Positions 1-11,387 of a stretch of DNA of 64,000 nucleotides are shown one piece after another. This DNA comes from Histomonas meleagridis 2922-C6/04-290x. Lineage: Eukaryota; Protista; Parabasalia. How positions within the stretch are numbered: position 1 is the first letter of the stretch; every line of letters starts with the position of its first letter. A program made the position numbers and the translations under genes. The notes under the pieces were generated by a model. That model made no database searches. It had not been told where the DNA came from and was given only the letters and a program-made list of their open reading frames with translations. The DNA is taken from positions 248,001 to 312,000 of the forward strand of contig JAANOX010000081.1 in assembly GCA_020184695.1 (NCBI GenBank), in the 5' to 3' direction.

Positions 1-2507
1 TGCCATAAATTTGGATCAATTTTGATAAGTTCTTCTTCATTCGAGAACAGGTCCAAATAAATTGTCACCAGGAACTCAAAGAACTCTCTTTGGTCATCAT
101 TTTCAACTAAATCGTCCCAAATACTATTTAATATCTCCATTAGTTGATCTATGTTACAATAAGAAGGGTAGAATTGCCTAAGTGTTACAAGGCAACACAA
201 AATCTCTCCAGACATTTGTTTTGGGAGATGTTCCAACAAAATATTCCAAAGCTGTATCACCAAAATTTCGGGAAGTTCTGTACAACAAACAGCAGAAATT
301 AATGTTACAACAATTTTTTCGAACATTACATTGGATACTATTGGTAACCAATCGATCATTTCATGAATTATATTTAATGAATTTTGTGGGAACTTATTTA
401 TATACTTTGTCAAAAAATTATAAAACTTAAAGTTCTCTGACTCATATTCAGTTGCATAGTTATGATCCAGTAATAAAATCCTTCCTTGAATTGTCGAATA
501 TAATAAATCGTTAACATATGGCAATGTTAAATCTGGTATTTTCTCCATGAGTTTAATGCATAACAAATATGATTGGTTTACAAACAAATGATTTTTCGTC
601 GCTTTTGCTGTTTCGATAATTTTTGCCAAAATTTCCAAAATTACATTTTGGTCATATTGTTGAAACACATTCTTAAACAAGCGAACGGAATATGTTTGAT
701 ACAATGGATCATTTGTCAATAAAAATGTTTTAATAATATCCACTGGAAATATCAATGTTTTATTATTCTTTAAAAAGCGCTCATTTGATGAAATTGCTGA
801 AAAATATGAAATAATTCTTCGTGTTGAGTCATTCGTAGGTATTTTACCAGCTGCAATATCAAACAATCGCACTAATAATTCATCTGGTATTAAGTTATCG
901 GCTTCAAGATTTAATAAAATGTTTGTTGATATTTCATAAGTTTCGACGAATTCACTGAAGATCAAACTTTTACATAGGTTTACGAAAAACTCCTTTGTTT
1001 CGTTAAAAATTTCTTTATTTGCTTTACGTAATTCATTAGCTAAATATAATACATGAGGAACATATGGAGGAGGTAATTGACTATCCGATAGAAGGTTATT
1101 AACAAATGTGAATAATGTTGAGAAATCAAATGATTCATCTTCTTGAACAATTGTTATTAATACTTTAAAATAATCTTTTAATGATTCAGGCGGAATGTTT
1201 TTATAAATACTTAAATAATCATTTAAGAAAACAGATGATTTTGTTGTTTTTTCTTTCATTAAGGAAACAAATGCTTTAGTAGCAAAATGTATCATTAAGA
1301 AATCATTTGTTAAAATACATTTTATTAAAATTGGGATTATTGATAAATTTAAATTTTTGGAAAAACTTAAATATAATCGAGAAATCTTTGAGATAGCGAA
1401 GCATAACATTGACTTGTTGGAGTTGATATTTGCAAATGAATATTCAATCGACCTAACTAAAATAGATGCGCAATCTTTGATGTAATCACTTAGTTGATCA
1501 TAATAAAATGAAAATAAATATATGTATGTGGAATCATTGTTCTTTTGAACACATTCATGAAAGCGATCAACTAAAAATTGAATTTTCTCTTCTTGTAGTG
1601 GAACATCAAGTGAATCAGTAATCGATTCATTAAATGCTTTGATTACAGATTTTTCTTCAGAAAGAAAATGCTCAACTGACATAAAAACATCTGTAAACAT
1701 ATTAAAACTCAAAAATGGCATTAAGCGAATAAGACCAAAGATATCTAAAGAACAATCTTGGAGATTAATTTGATCAAAAAAATCAGGATATACATTACAA
1801 AAGTCAAAGAGTGGTGACGTAAGAGAAAAATAATCTTCTTTTTGTGAAATAACTGTGAAAACAAAGTTAATAATTGATGGAGAAAGATTTTCAAATGATT
1901 CAAAGGCAGAAAATGGCAGTTGCATTCTTGTAATAATCATAATTAAAGTAATACAATGTGTTGTTTGTGGGTAGCTTTGGAATGTTGAAGCAATTATTGG
2001 AAATAAAATTTTCGAATGAACACGATAAAAATCTTCTGGAATATACTCATATAAAGATACAAGCAAGAGAGCTTTTATTTGATTGATTTGTTCAGTGGTG
2101 CTTTCAGAAAGAATAAACTCAAATATTAATGGATGAATTATATGTAGTTTTAATGTAAGCTCTAAAACAGAATGCACATATTCAAATGCATCCGTTTCCA
2201 TATTTATAAGAGGTGGAAGTTGAACAAGTATAGATGAAAATTGATCAATTTGTTCTTTTGTAAAGTTAATAAAATGCTGGAAAATGTATGCTGGTAATTC
2301 AAAGCAAATCCCCATAATTATCTCTTTATTGTTTTGTTGAATTCCAATGATACAATTATTAATAAAATCTTGAGTTGGCACTAATAATGGGGCAGTTGCA
2401 GTGAATGGTCCTTTTTGCTTTACATCTTGTGCAATTTGGAAAAAAGACTGAAGAATGTTTTGTTCGCCCATCTTGGTGACTTCGGGTGCCCTGAAAACGT
2501 TAAACAT
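1..2507 (-). CDS. Large helical (ARM/HEAT-like) hypothetical protein, 3' end beyond the window edge
   Basis: Manual translation: ATG at 2507 (MFNVFRAPEVTKMGEQNILQSFFQIAQDV...) stays open for about 835 codons to position 1. Missing from the ORF track because no stop falls inside the window. Leu/Ile/Phe-rich amphipathic pattern; the fold assignment is a guess. Confidence 0.7.
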   Translation of the reverse strand, partial: MFNVFRAPEVTKMGEQNILQSFFQIAQDVKQKGPFTATAPLLVPTQDFINNCIIGIQQNNKEIIMGICFELPAYIFQHFINFTKEQIDQFSSILVQLPPLINMETDAFEYVHSVLELTLKLHIIHPLIFEFILSESTTEQINQIKALLLVSLYEYIPEDFYRVHSKILFPIIASTFQSYPQTTHCITLIMIITRMQLPFSAFESFENLSPSIINFVFTVISQKEDYFSLTSPLFDFCNVYPDFFDQINLQDCSLDIFGLIRLMPFLSFNMFTDVFMSVEHFLSEEKSVIKAFNESITDSLDVPLQEEKIQFLVDRFHECVQKNNDSTYIYLFSFYYDQLSDYIKDCASILVRSIEYSFANINSNKSMLCFAISKISRLYLSFSKNLNLSIIPILIKCILTNDFLMIHFATKAFVSLMKEKTTKSSVFLNDYLSIYKNIPPESLKDYFKVLITIVQEDESFDFSTLFTFVNNLLSDSQLPPPYVPHVLYLANELRKANKEIFNETKEFFVNLCKSLIFSEFVETYEISTNILLNLEADNLIPDELLVRLFDIAAGKIPTNDSTRRIISYFSAISSNERFLKNNKTLIFPVDIIKTFLLTNDPLYQTYSVRLFKNVFQQYDQNVILEILAKIIETAKATKNHLFVNQSYLLCIKLMEKIPDLTLPYVNDLLYSTIQGRILLLDHNYATEYESENFKFYNFLTKYINKFPQNSLNIIHEMIDWLPIVSNVMFEKIVVTLISAVCCTELPEILVIQLWNILLEHLPKQMSGEILCCLVTLRQFYPSYCNIDQLMEILNSIWDDLVENDDQREFFEFLVTIYLDLFSNEEELIKIDPNLW

Positions 2508-3378
2508 AAAACAAATAAACTGTTGATAATTTTTTGCACTTAATTTTTATTGGAGTAATATGACATTTTTTATTGGTGTAATATGACCAAGTAACGATTC
2601 AATTATAAAATTTTATAATATTTTTAATATCTTCTCATAGATACATATTCATCTGATAACACAAAGAAAATTGAAGTAACTTATGATAGAGATTATAACT
2701 ATGATTTATATGTAATGTTCATTTATTGATTCTCAACTAATATTTAAATTTATCATATAGAGATTTCAATATATATTTTTAATGCTGAAATTCCATATCT
2801 GGACTTTTGGCTCCAACATTTTTCAATTAATTTTCATTTTAAAATTTCGAAAAGGTGAAATAACTTCATGAATTCTTAAATTTACATAATATAAATAGAA
2901 ATTAATATAATAGATTCGACAGCGAATAATTGCTATTGACCAAATTTTTGATTATTATTCTAAATATGAAGATGTAAATATTTGGTATAAGTGAGGTGAA
3001 ATCCAAATTTAAACCTCATTATGCATTTTATTAATTCTCTCATAAAAATAATATTATACAGAAGATAAAACTTTCTGAAATAATATATATAGATATTACT
3101 AATTGTCTTATAACTAAATGGAATAATTATATTTTATTTTGGATTTTTAATTGAAAGAAATTGAAAACACTTTCAAAATTATGACATATTTAATCGTTGT
3201 GCGATCAAAATGAATTCAAAATTCAATAGTAGAATGCATTCCCTTAATGTTCAACGTACAACTTTTACAACTTTTTGTGGCCGGCACTGGATGTAGTTAT
3301 AAATCTATAAATTTATTTTTAAAATGTATTCAAAGTAACTTTTGTTATGAGTTATTATTTACAATGTAACAATTATGG

Positions 3379-3960
3379 TTAAAAATGATTATTCGTCATT
3401 TTTGAAATAATCATAATGTTCATTTTTCTCTGTCGTTTGTGTGTTTGGTACTGGAAAATAAGTTGTTGGCACTGCGTTGTCTTGGAATACTTCATCTGAA
3501 AATTGTTTGATTTTAAATAAGCATGCCATCGATTTTTAACCGCGCCAGATGACCTCCCTGGTAATAAGTTGGCAATTCTTGTCCACTGATTTCCAAGTTC
3601 TCTTTGTTGTTGGATAATTACTTGATCTTCCCATGGTTCAAAAGGTCCACGTCTTAACATCGGATTAATTTGATTAAACCATCTTTCTCGACATTGTTTA
3701 GCAGTTCTAGTTGGAACGAACCTTGCAATATCAACCCATTTATTTGGTCCAAATTGAGAAACAGCTAATCTAAGCAAATTATCTTCTTCTTCAGTCCAAG
3801 GTCCTCGTGTTTCGTATGGCATTTTAATTGAATTACTTGTATAATTTAGATCTTGCAATATAGGTCGAAAAATTTCAGAAACATTTGATGAACTTCCTGA
3901 AATTTGATATAGTATGTCATTGTCTTGTGGTATATGGGGGAATTTTTGGGGTTTCATCAA
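3379..3960 (-). CDS. R2R3 Myb-like DNA-binding protein
   Basis: Two Myb repeats: RGPWTEEEDNLLRLAVSQFGPNKWVDIARFVPTRTAKQCRERW and RGPFEPWEDQVIIQQQRELGNQWTRIANLLPGRSSGAVKNRW. Track start is TTG; the ATG is the next codon. Confidence 0.92.
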   Translation of the reverse strand: MMKPQKFPHIPQDNDILYQISGSSSNVSEIFRPILQDLNYTSNSIKMPYETRGPWTEEEDNLLRLAVSQFGPNKWVDIARFVPTRTAKQCRERWFNQINPMLRRGPFEPWEDQVIIQQQRELGNQWTRIANLLPGRSSGAVKNRWHAYLKSNNFQMKYSKTTQCQQLIFQYQTHKRQRKMNIMIISKMTNNHF

Positions 3961-4661
3961 AATTATATAAACAACTTAATTTGTTCGGTCTGAGACAACC
4001 ACTTCAAACGCTAGCGTCACTTTTACAAAAATGGTTATTCAAACTTACCTAACAAATTTAAGAGAAACTCATCAAAGTGAGCTTTTTCAATATACAACAA
4101 TACCTACCTTCTCAAACGAAACAGAAATGTTAACCGCTTTCATCGAATTTTTATCGAACCCGTTGACCCATTCTGGTTGACATGTGAACTTAAGGGTTCA
4201 GAAAAAAAGTGAACCAATGATGGCGGTTGGAGTAATCACATTCAAAAACATGAGGATCCTTCTCAAAAAGTAGGATAACACAGCTTGATTACTTGGTTAC
4301 TTTTTGAATGATCATTCAATTCCAGATATCAAAATTCGCTATCATTGGTAATAGGCATTTGAAAAAAGTAGGTTGATCAACGATTTTTTCTAAATTGACA
4401 TTCAAAAAGTGACCGGAAGAAAATCCGTTATTCGGATAAATTATTTTATTTTCAGCTGAATCATGTTTTTAATTTCATTTTTAATTTTTAACCTTTCGCG
4501 AAATTATTATAACCTGGCTTAAATTCAATCTTTATCAAATAATAACAATTATTGAAAACACTCAAATTATCAATCTAAATTCTTAAGTTTTGCGATAAAT
4601 TAAAACTTTCATATAAAAAGCATGTTTACTGCATCATTGGATATGTGCTTTTATGAATGTT

Positions 4662-4943
4662 TTATTCTGATTCACCTTTTGGAAGCGTTAAACTTATTAT
4701 AGATAGTTCATTGTGGAAAGCACAATAAATAGCTGTCCATGCAATTAATATAAACATTGAAACCCAAAACAAAATTAAAGATCTTATGCTGAGTTTCTTT
4801 AACAATTCACTTTCACTACTTCGATTCTTTGAATAAATCCAGCACATAAACCAAGCAAAGGGCATCAACCCAAATCCTAAATAGTACATTATCTTTGCAT
4901 TATCTTCATATTTATCTAAAGGTTCTTTTCTGTTGGGATCCAT
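4662..4943 (-). CDS. PEN2: Gamma-secretase subunit PEN-2-like protein (93 aa)
   Basis: From the ATG at 4943: YYLGFGLMPFAWFMCWIY ... SIRSLILFW ... W ... LSIISLTLPKG matches the PEN-2 pattern (YYLGGFAFLPFLW ... RSAVGFLFW ... LSFTIPLG). Confidence 0.75.
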   Translation of the reverse strand: MDPNRKEPLDKYEDNAKIMYYLGFGLMPFAWFMCWIYSKNRSSESELLKKLSIRSLILFWVSMFILIAWTAIYCAFHNELSIISLTLPKGESE

Positions 4944-5956
4944 TTTTGTGTTTTTTTTTTTTTCTTTTTTCAATTTTTGGTTTTTGAAAAAATATAAAAA
5001 CAAAGGGAAAAACCAAACTTTCTATAAAGGAAAAAAATAAGTCCTTAAATTTTATTTTTTCAAAATGTTAATATTTCAAAGTTTGATTAAAAATTTAATA
5101 AAAATTATTTCAAGATGTTATTTAATTTTTACTATTTTTTAGATTTCTAGAGATCTTTATTGTTTCCAGTGATTAAATTCACCAACACGTTTCACCCCTT
5201 GCATTAGCATGACATTTTCGTCAAGCCTACATTTCATTAATACTTAATGTTATGTTGTTATATATGTAACATTCAAATTAATACTTTTTCACCATGATTA
5301 CTGTTTTAGTAAATTGGGTGAAATGTCTATATTTGATGTTGGAATAATAATTATAATTAAAATGAATAACTTGGCACCAATTGCAGTCACATTTTCTCCC
5401 ATGATATCTACAATGTTATATTTTAATAAAATATTCAGGGATCAATATAGTAAAATCACTATTGTCTGAATTAAATTTTAGGCTTGTTAGTGCAAAAAAT
5501 TCCAACACACTATTTTCTTATAACTTATTAATAAAGTGTAATATGGCTTCTTTTTTCCCGTCACATACATCATTAATTTAATAATTCCGAAAACAATACC
5601 AAATCTTCATCGAAGATTATTTATCAATCATAAATATAACATATTATTAACATAATTTATATTGTTAAATTTAACTCTTACATTGATTTATGTTGTCTTT
5701 TGCCTATTTTATATCTACAATTTTTTCCAATAATCATTTGCTGAACCTAAGTGAAACATTTCAATTTTATTTGAAGACATCAAATTTTATGATTAGAGCA
5801 TAATTTAAGTTAAGTTCTAAATAATGTTTACACATTCCTATTACAATGCAAATAAGATTTCAACATCTGAAGAACAATTGTAAAATGTAAAACATTTATT
5901 TTCAAACAAACTTTGTGAAAATAATTTTTAAGAAATCAAGTAATTGCATTTGGAGT

Positions 5957-6328
5957 TTACTTGCCGCCCTTCTTTTTGTTCTCAGCAGCAGCCCTCTTTT
6001 CGGCAGCTGCAGTTCTTTCAGCGGCTGCTTTAGCTTCTTCTTCCATAAAAGCGTTAATGATTCTTTCTTTAACGACGGATGCACAGTAAACACCACCGTA
6101 TGGGCGTGAAACTGTGCGCTTGTGCTTTGGTAATCTGGCAAGCTTCTTTGTTGGTAAGTGTTTGATACCTGGGAGTGGTTTTCCTGTTTCACCGCATATC
6201 ATGCCCTTCACGCGCTTTTTGATGTAGTGAGCAACAAGCCTGTTTCCTGGTGTACGAACTGGGACAACACGGTTACGAAGTGTGTGGTAAGGATTGCTAC
6301 GACGAAGTGTATATCTGTTATCACCCAT
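5957..6328 (-). CDS. RPL34: 60S ribosomal protein L34e
   Basis: RTPGNRLVAHYIKK, CGETGKPLPGI and KRTVSRPYGGVYCASVVKERIINAF are L34e signatures; GC-richer codon usage typical of highly expressed genes. Confidence 0.95.
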   Translation of the reverse strand: MGDNRYTLRRSNPYHTLRNRVVPVRTPGNRLVAHYIKKRVKGMICGETGKPLPGIKHLPTKKLARLPKHKRTVSRPYGGVYCASVVKERIINAFMEEEAKAAAERTAAAEKRAAAENKKKGGK

Positions 6329-6537
6329 TTAAAGAGGTCGACCAAACCGCCAAAACCGCAAAACCTCCATTAACTTAACGTCTTTTTTTAAACATGTTTC
6401 AAGAACTCAAAACATACAATAAATAAAAATTTAATATCATTTTGAGATTCGAGTTCGTAGGCAAATGAAAGTTCTGATATTGATATTTAAAATCTTTGAA
6501 ATTGATTTTTCTTCTGTGGGGTTAAATTCAAAGCTTT

Positions 6538-7575
6538 ATGAAAAGTGTGTGTTTTCCTTACAAAAATACCCCATTATCATACGTTAAGGGTAAAATCATC
6601 AAGCCAATAGAAATGGAGCAACTTAAACAGTTAATTCTTGATTTTTACAAGAATCAAACCCCTACTAGTGAGATTGCTTATAAAATACGGCAGTCTTATG
6701 CAAAACTTGTTTTTGATTCAAATCCAAATATCGCATTGCTCCATGAAAAAAATCCAGACAAAAATTCAGCGTTCAGAACTTTGCGAGGTAAAATGTGGGC
6801 CATTTTTTTGTCTTTGCATATTTACAATACATATCATCCTAGTCAGCTAACATCTTCAATAAATCATAACGATTTAGTTGATGTCACTCAACGCGTTATA
6901 AGAGAACAAACAAGACAAGAACAATCTTTACCTCATGGTGTTATTGGAATCGACCAAATGGAGTATTACCAATGGCTTCACTTGTTTGTATTTTATAGAT
7001 GGATTTCAAGTTCACAACCAGCCTCCTTAGAAGACTGCTTAGAACAATCCCATTATATTTTTGGTATTATTTTCCTGAGGAACTTTGATCTTTTAACCTC
7101 TTTTCAAGCATATATTCATCTAACTGATAATTCCATACCAAATCAATTCTTTTCGACTGATGAGTCCAAGAAACTCATTGACTTCATTCCCATGATCCTT
7201 GTCTGCTGTAATGAGAAAGAATTACACGAAAAACTGAAAAGTGATATTCATTACAGCCCAAGTGTTTTATGCTTCCAAAGGATCGCCTCTTTGAACACAC
7301 AGCTCAAGCCACTTGACAACGTCGAAGTTATATGGGATTTTTTGATTATTTACGGAATGCAAAATATTGTATTTATCGAAGCAGCTTGGATCATAATCCT
7401 AAAAGAAGAGATCCTTAATGGAAGCTATAGCAATAATACGTTCCCAGATTGGGATCCATTGGTTCTAATTCGTAAAACGATTGAAGTTTTCAAGAAGACA
7501 TATGAATATTGCAGAAATGAATCTGCAGATCAGACAATTAAAAACAAGATGCACACATTGTTTGCTAATGTTTAG
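6538..7575 (+). CDS. Rab-GAP/TBC domain protein, Bub2/Cdc16-like
   Basis: LRGKMWAIFL, YYQ (Gln finger) and C-terminal LKPLDNVEVIWDFLIIYG...FPDWDPLVLIR, resembling Bub2 NKPLDQVIKIWDFMFAYG...FPDFDADEIIR. Confidence 0.65.
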   Translation: MKSVCFPYKNTPLSYVKGKIIKPIEMEQLKQLILDFYKNQTPTSEIAYKIRQSYAKLVFDSNPNIALLHEKNPDKNSAFRTLRGKMWAIFLSLHIYNTYHPSQLTSSINHNDLVDVTQRVIREQTRQEQSLPHGVIGIDQMEYYQWLHLFVFYRWISSSQPASLEDCLEQSHYIFGIIFLRNFDLLTSFQAYIHLTDNSIPNQFFSTDESKKLIDFIPMILVCCNEKELHEKLKSDIHYSPSVLCFQRIASLNTQLKPLDNVEVIWDFLIIYGMQNIVFIEAAWIIILKEEILNGSYSNNTFPDWDPLVLIRKTIEVFKKTYEYCRNESADQTIKNKMHTLFANV

Positions 7576-7988
7576 TGATAAACATGACATTTATATTTGT
7601 TAAATAAAATTTAATGATTTTCCTATAAATTGTTCTAATTAAGAAAAGAAAATTATAATTTCTGCTTGCATGGATATTACATAATATTAATCGATTAATA
7701 GTTTTGCAGGTTTCTTTAGGCATAACTAAAGTGTTTTTTCATGTACTTGGAAGTAATATCATAAAATATATATTTAAATTGCTGAAATACCAAATTCAAA
7801 TGTACAAAATTTTGAAATCTTATATGAATATTTGAAACACATAAATATGTTGGGCATTATGATATGCTATTATACGTTATTTTAATTAATTCTCGAATTA
7901 ACAATATTTATTTGAAGCTTATCATATAGTACGTAGGGAAATAAGATATAAATATTTTCATGTTATAATATATGAATGGAAATTTTAC

Positions 7989-8016
7989 AAAAAAAAAAAA
8001 AAAAAAAAAAAAAAAA
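7989..8016 (+). repeat. Poly(A) tract (28 nt) in a very AT-rich intergenic region
   Basis: Directly visible homopolymer. Confidence 0.9.
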
Positions 8017-8672
8017 CGAATTAAAAATAATATATATATATTATTTTACTAGCGAAAAAATACGTATCGATAGTATTTTTATGATTATCATATTTATAAA
8101 ATTTGCTTCAAAAATCACATAATATTCTCTTTTCATACATAAAAATATGATTATTTATAGGTAACTTATAAATTTTTCTTCTTTAAAGTCATCTGCATAT
8201 GGAATATTCCATATAATTTCTTTATTATAATATTTATCATAAACATATGTATTATGTTCTTCTTGTTTCTTCATCGCTATATGAAATATAGAAAAAATTT
8301 TAAATAACTATATTATTTTATATATAAAATAAATAGAGATGATATATCATACAAATAATATATAAAATGAACATAAATATGTTTATTTTCGGAATCACTA
8401 ATTGTAATTGAATATGATTTTATAACTGCGTGATAATAAATTGATAATGTTTTCAAAAAAGATAAAAAATAAGTTAATACACACTCATTAACATTTGTAA
8501 AATTATTCAAAATTGTATTCACATATGTCTTCTCATTATTATTTATATCGGTAACGTATTAGACTTCGTGAATGTATTATACTATGTGCGAATAAAATTT
8601 AAATAAAAATTATTTTACATCAAAAACAACCAAGTAATTTAAAAAAAGTTTATTTATATAACAATGTATGAA

Positions 8673-11111
8673 CTAACATATAATCTGTGATACTATCGTA
8701 AAAATGGCGTCAGCCATCATTTTGTTAACATTTCCAAGAATTGAAACTTCGAACTCTTCTCCTATACATTCTATTTGGAAAGCGAATTCTATATCATTAA
8801 TAGTTATACCGAACAGAATTGCTCTAATTATTGTTTTCATGTAACAAAACAAATTGTTTTTCTCGAAAGCTATACACATATCCTCAACAGACTCAATTTT
8901 CACATTAGAAAAAGTATTTGTTATTACATTTTCATTATCTTCCAACAACAAACATTCGAAACGATTTTTCATTCTTTGTAAAACATTTTCATTAATTTTC
9001 TTAATTATAATTTTAGGCGGAATAATAACATCGAAAAATATATAATTTTGATCCTTAATTAAAATTGCGAATTTTAATTTTCCTTTATATTCATTTTCTT
9101 TAAAAGCGTTTTCAGAAGTTTCGAATTTTAAATTTAATTCTTTTGTTTCACCTTTTTTTATTATGAATTTTTCTTGATTTTGTATACTTAACGAAAACAA
9201 ATTATAATCATTAAAAACATTCATTATAATAATTTTTTGGTTATTATTATTCGTAATATTTAATTTCAAATTATTGTTATTATTAAATTTCCCTCTAATT
9301 TCTAAGTTATTATCATTACATATCAAAGGCAACAACAAATCTTTTTTAATGTCAAAACTTTTATTCTTTAAAACGGGTACAAATTCTTGAGGAAATTTAT
9401 CATATATAATCGAAAGTGTACCAATATAAGGGAATAATAAATCGACAAATTTATTATCATCCGAATTTTTTATTTTATTTTTATAAAACGTTTTAGGTTC
9501 GTTTATTATTATTTCCATTGCTTTTTCGGGATATTTCGTAAGGATACAATAATACATATAAGCGCGTTCTCTTAAGTCGATGTTATTTGCTTCATTAATC
9601 GAAAGTGATAAAACATATTGTAACATTTCTTTACCATCGTAAGGATTATTAATGAAATATTTTAAGATCGATGTAAGTATTGCTAATTGTACATTAATGT
9701 TTTCGTTAAGGAAATCATCAAGAAACATTTGTTGTACTAATTCTTTCGAATTCGAAATGATTTCTGAATGTTCACCAAGTATATAAGCTAAAGTGGCTTT
9801 AGCATTCGAATTATCAGAAAGTTGATTCACGTTTTGACATATTATTGAAATTAATCGTTCGAATTGTTGCGAATGTTTACGAAATGAATTAACAGACATA
9901 ATAATACATTCTTGAATTAAATTTGTGTTATTCGTTTGTAATATCATTGATATTGCTTCGAAAAATTCGTTTTGAAATGTTGGAAATGATTCAATAAGTT
10001 TTCCAATCGAAGTTATAATTTTATTTACAAATGTAATGTTTTCAGATTTTATATTTTTTTTAAACTCATTAAGAATTGTTATAACATTTTGTTCATTAAC
10101 TAGTAATAATAAAATATTTATTTTCGAAATATTAAGATAATATGGATCATATAAATCACAATAAAAAAAATCAGGTTGAAAAAAAAGATATTTTTTATAT
10201 TTTTGTATGATAAGAAAAAGCGATTTTAAGACAGTGTATTTAATTCCATCCGAAAAGTTTAAAAGAGTTACAATCGAAGAACGAATTTTAATAAAAATAG
10301 TGCGCATGAATTCGTCGTTGTTTATAAAAGTGTTTATATGTAAAATACAGCGAATTGATGACATTTGAATTGATGGACTCATTTGATATAGTCGATTTGT
10401 GATCTTGTGAATAAGCTCTATGGCGTCAATAGAGTCGGGAATTTTGATTTGGCTGATGAAATCAAGTATTTGGACTTGGTTCCATTCATTTGTTTCTTCA
10501 AATTTGTCAATTAAATTGATGACAGTTTCAATTGGAATGACAATAAATGGTTGCTCAAGTGATAAATTTATCTCTTGGATAACTGTAATAGCAGATATTG
10601 CAACATTGGGGTTTTGGTCTGTCAAAAGAATTCGAAGAATGGAATTAAAATCACAAACATTAAGAATAGAATGATCACTAAGATATGATCTAAGAATTGA
10701 AAAGCCAGTGGTCTTTCGAATATATGGATCTGTTGATGTTACACCTCCAGAAAAAATTAAAAATAATTTTGAAGCAGTATTTGGAGTGCAGAATGAACCT
10801 GCCTGCTTAAGGGCAATAGCTTTAATTTGAGGATTAGGGTTTTCAAAATTTTGTTGAATTTTTTTGATAATATTATCCAAAAAATCTTCTTCTTTTCTAT
10901 TGTATTCAGAATCAAGTATATTTGTAAAACGGTGCATGGTTACATTTTCACCTGCATCAAATAAAGCTATTTGCTTTTGAATAAATTTGCAATCTTTTCC
11001 TTTTGCATACAAAGAAATTGTTTCTTTAAGAGAATCTAATTTCGCCTTTTTATCTGTTGAACTCAGCTTTTGGGATATTTCCTTGAATTCAACAGGGTTG
11101 GATGAGATCAA
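8673..11111 (-). CDS. Adaptor protein complex beta subunit (beta-adaptin); start codon unresolved
   Basis: NPNPQIKAIALK, TDPYIRKT, DQNPNVAISA, EWNQVQIL, YDPYYLNISKINIL, AKATLAYILGEH and NIDLRERAYMY follow the Adaptin_N pattern. The ORF begins at TTG and the first in-frame ATG is at codon 58. Confidence 0.85.
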   Translation of the reverse strand: MISSNPVEFKEISQKLSSTDKKAKLDSLKETISLYAKGKDCKFIQKQIALFDAGENVTMHRFTNILDSEYNRKEEDFLDNIIKKIQQNFENPNPQIKAIALKQAGSFCTPNTASKLFLIFSGGVTSTDPYIRKTTGFSILRSYLSDHSILNVCDFNSILRILLTDQNPNVAISAITVIQEINLSLEQPFIVIPIETVINLIDKFEETNEWNQVQILDFISQIKIPDSIDAIELIHKITNRLYQMSPSIQMSSIRCILHINTFINNDEFMRTIFIKIRSSIVTLLNFSDGIKYTVLKSLFLIIQKYKKYLFFQPDFFYCDLYDPYYLNISKINILLLLVNEQNVITILNEFKKNIKSENITFVNKIITSIGKLIESFPTFQNEFFEAISMILQTNNTNLIQECIIMSVNSFRKHSQQFERLISIICQNVNQLSDNSNAKATLAYILGEHSEIISNSKELVQQMFLDDFLNENINVQLAILTSILKYFINNPYDGKEMLQYVLSLSINEANNIDLRERAYMYYCILTKYPEKAMEIIINEPKTFYKNKIKNSDDNKFVDLLFPYIGTLSIIYDKFPQEFVPVLKNKSFDIKKDLLLPLICNDNNLEIRGKFNNNNNLKLNITNNNNQKIIIMNVFNDYNLFSLSIQNQEKFIIKKGETKELNLKFETSENAFKENEYKGKLKFAILIKDQNYIFFDVIIPPKIIIKKINENVLQRMKNRFECLLLEDNENVITNTFSNVKIESVEDMCIAFEKNNLFCYMKTIIRAILFGITINDIEFAFQIECIGEEFEVSILGNVNKMMADAIFTIVSQIIC

Positions 11112-11180
11112 AACAAATCTATTTAAAGTTTTAAAAGAACGTTAAAAAATTTAAATCCAAAATTTTAATAATACAACTTC

Positions 11181-11387
11181 TTATATGACTGCATCAGCAG
11201 GAGTTTCGGGATTCTGAGTGTTATTAGCAGCCATTTCCATTTTTTCAATCATTTGAAGATTTGGTGATTTTAATGGAAGAATTTTTGGTTTACAGAAAAG
11301 AGTGAGATTTGGTTGCTTTTCGAGATATATTTGTGATGGAGTTGGTGGGAACCCATGAAGTACTTCCTCTTCTTTTTCGTTTTCCAT
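11181..11387 (-). CDS. BBIP1: BBSome-interacting protein 1 (BBIP10/BBS18)-like
   Basis: LFCKPKILPLKSPNLQMIEKMEMAA closely matches the BBIP1 core [24 protein letters not shown]; the small size fits. Confidence 0.8.
   Translation of the reverse strand: MENEKEEEVLHGFPPTPSQIYLEKQPNLTLFCKPKILPLKSPNLQMIEKMEMAANNTQNPETPADAVI

Noticed and set aside
3379-3520. Possible -1 frameshift in the Myb C-terminus (alternative frame reads SDEVFQDNAVPTTYFP...)
   Set aside because: It sits at a short T run and may be a sequencing indel; it cannot be decided from this sequence.
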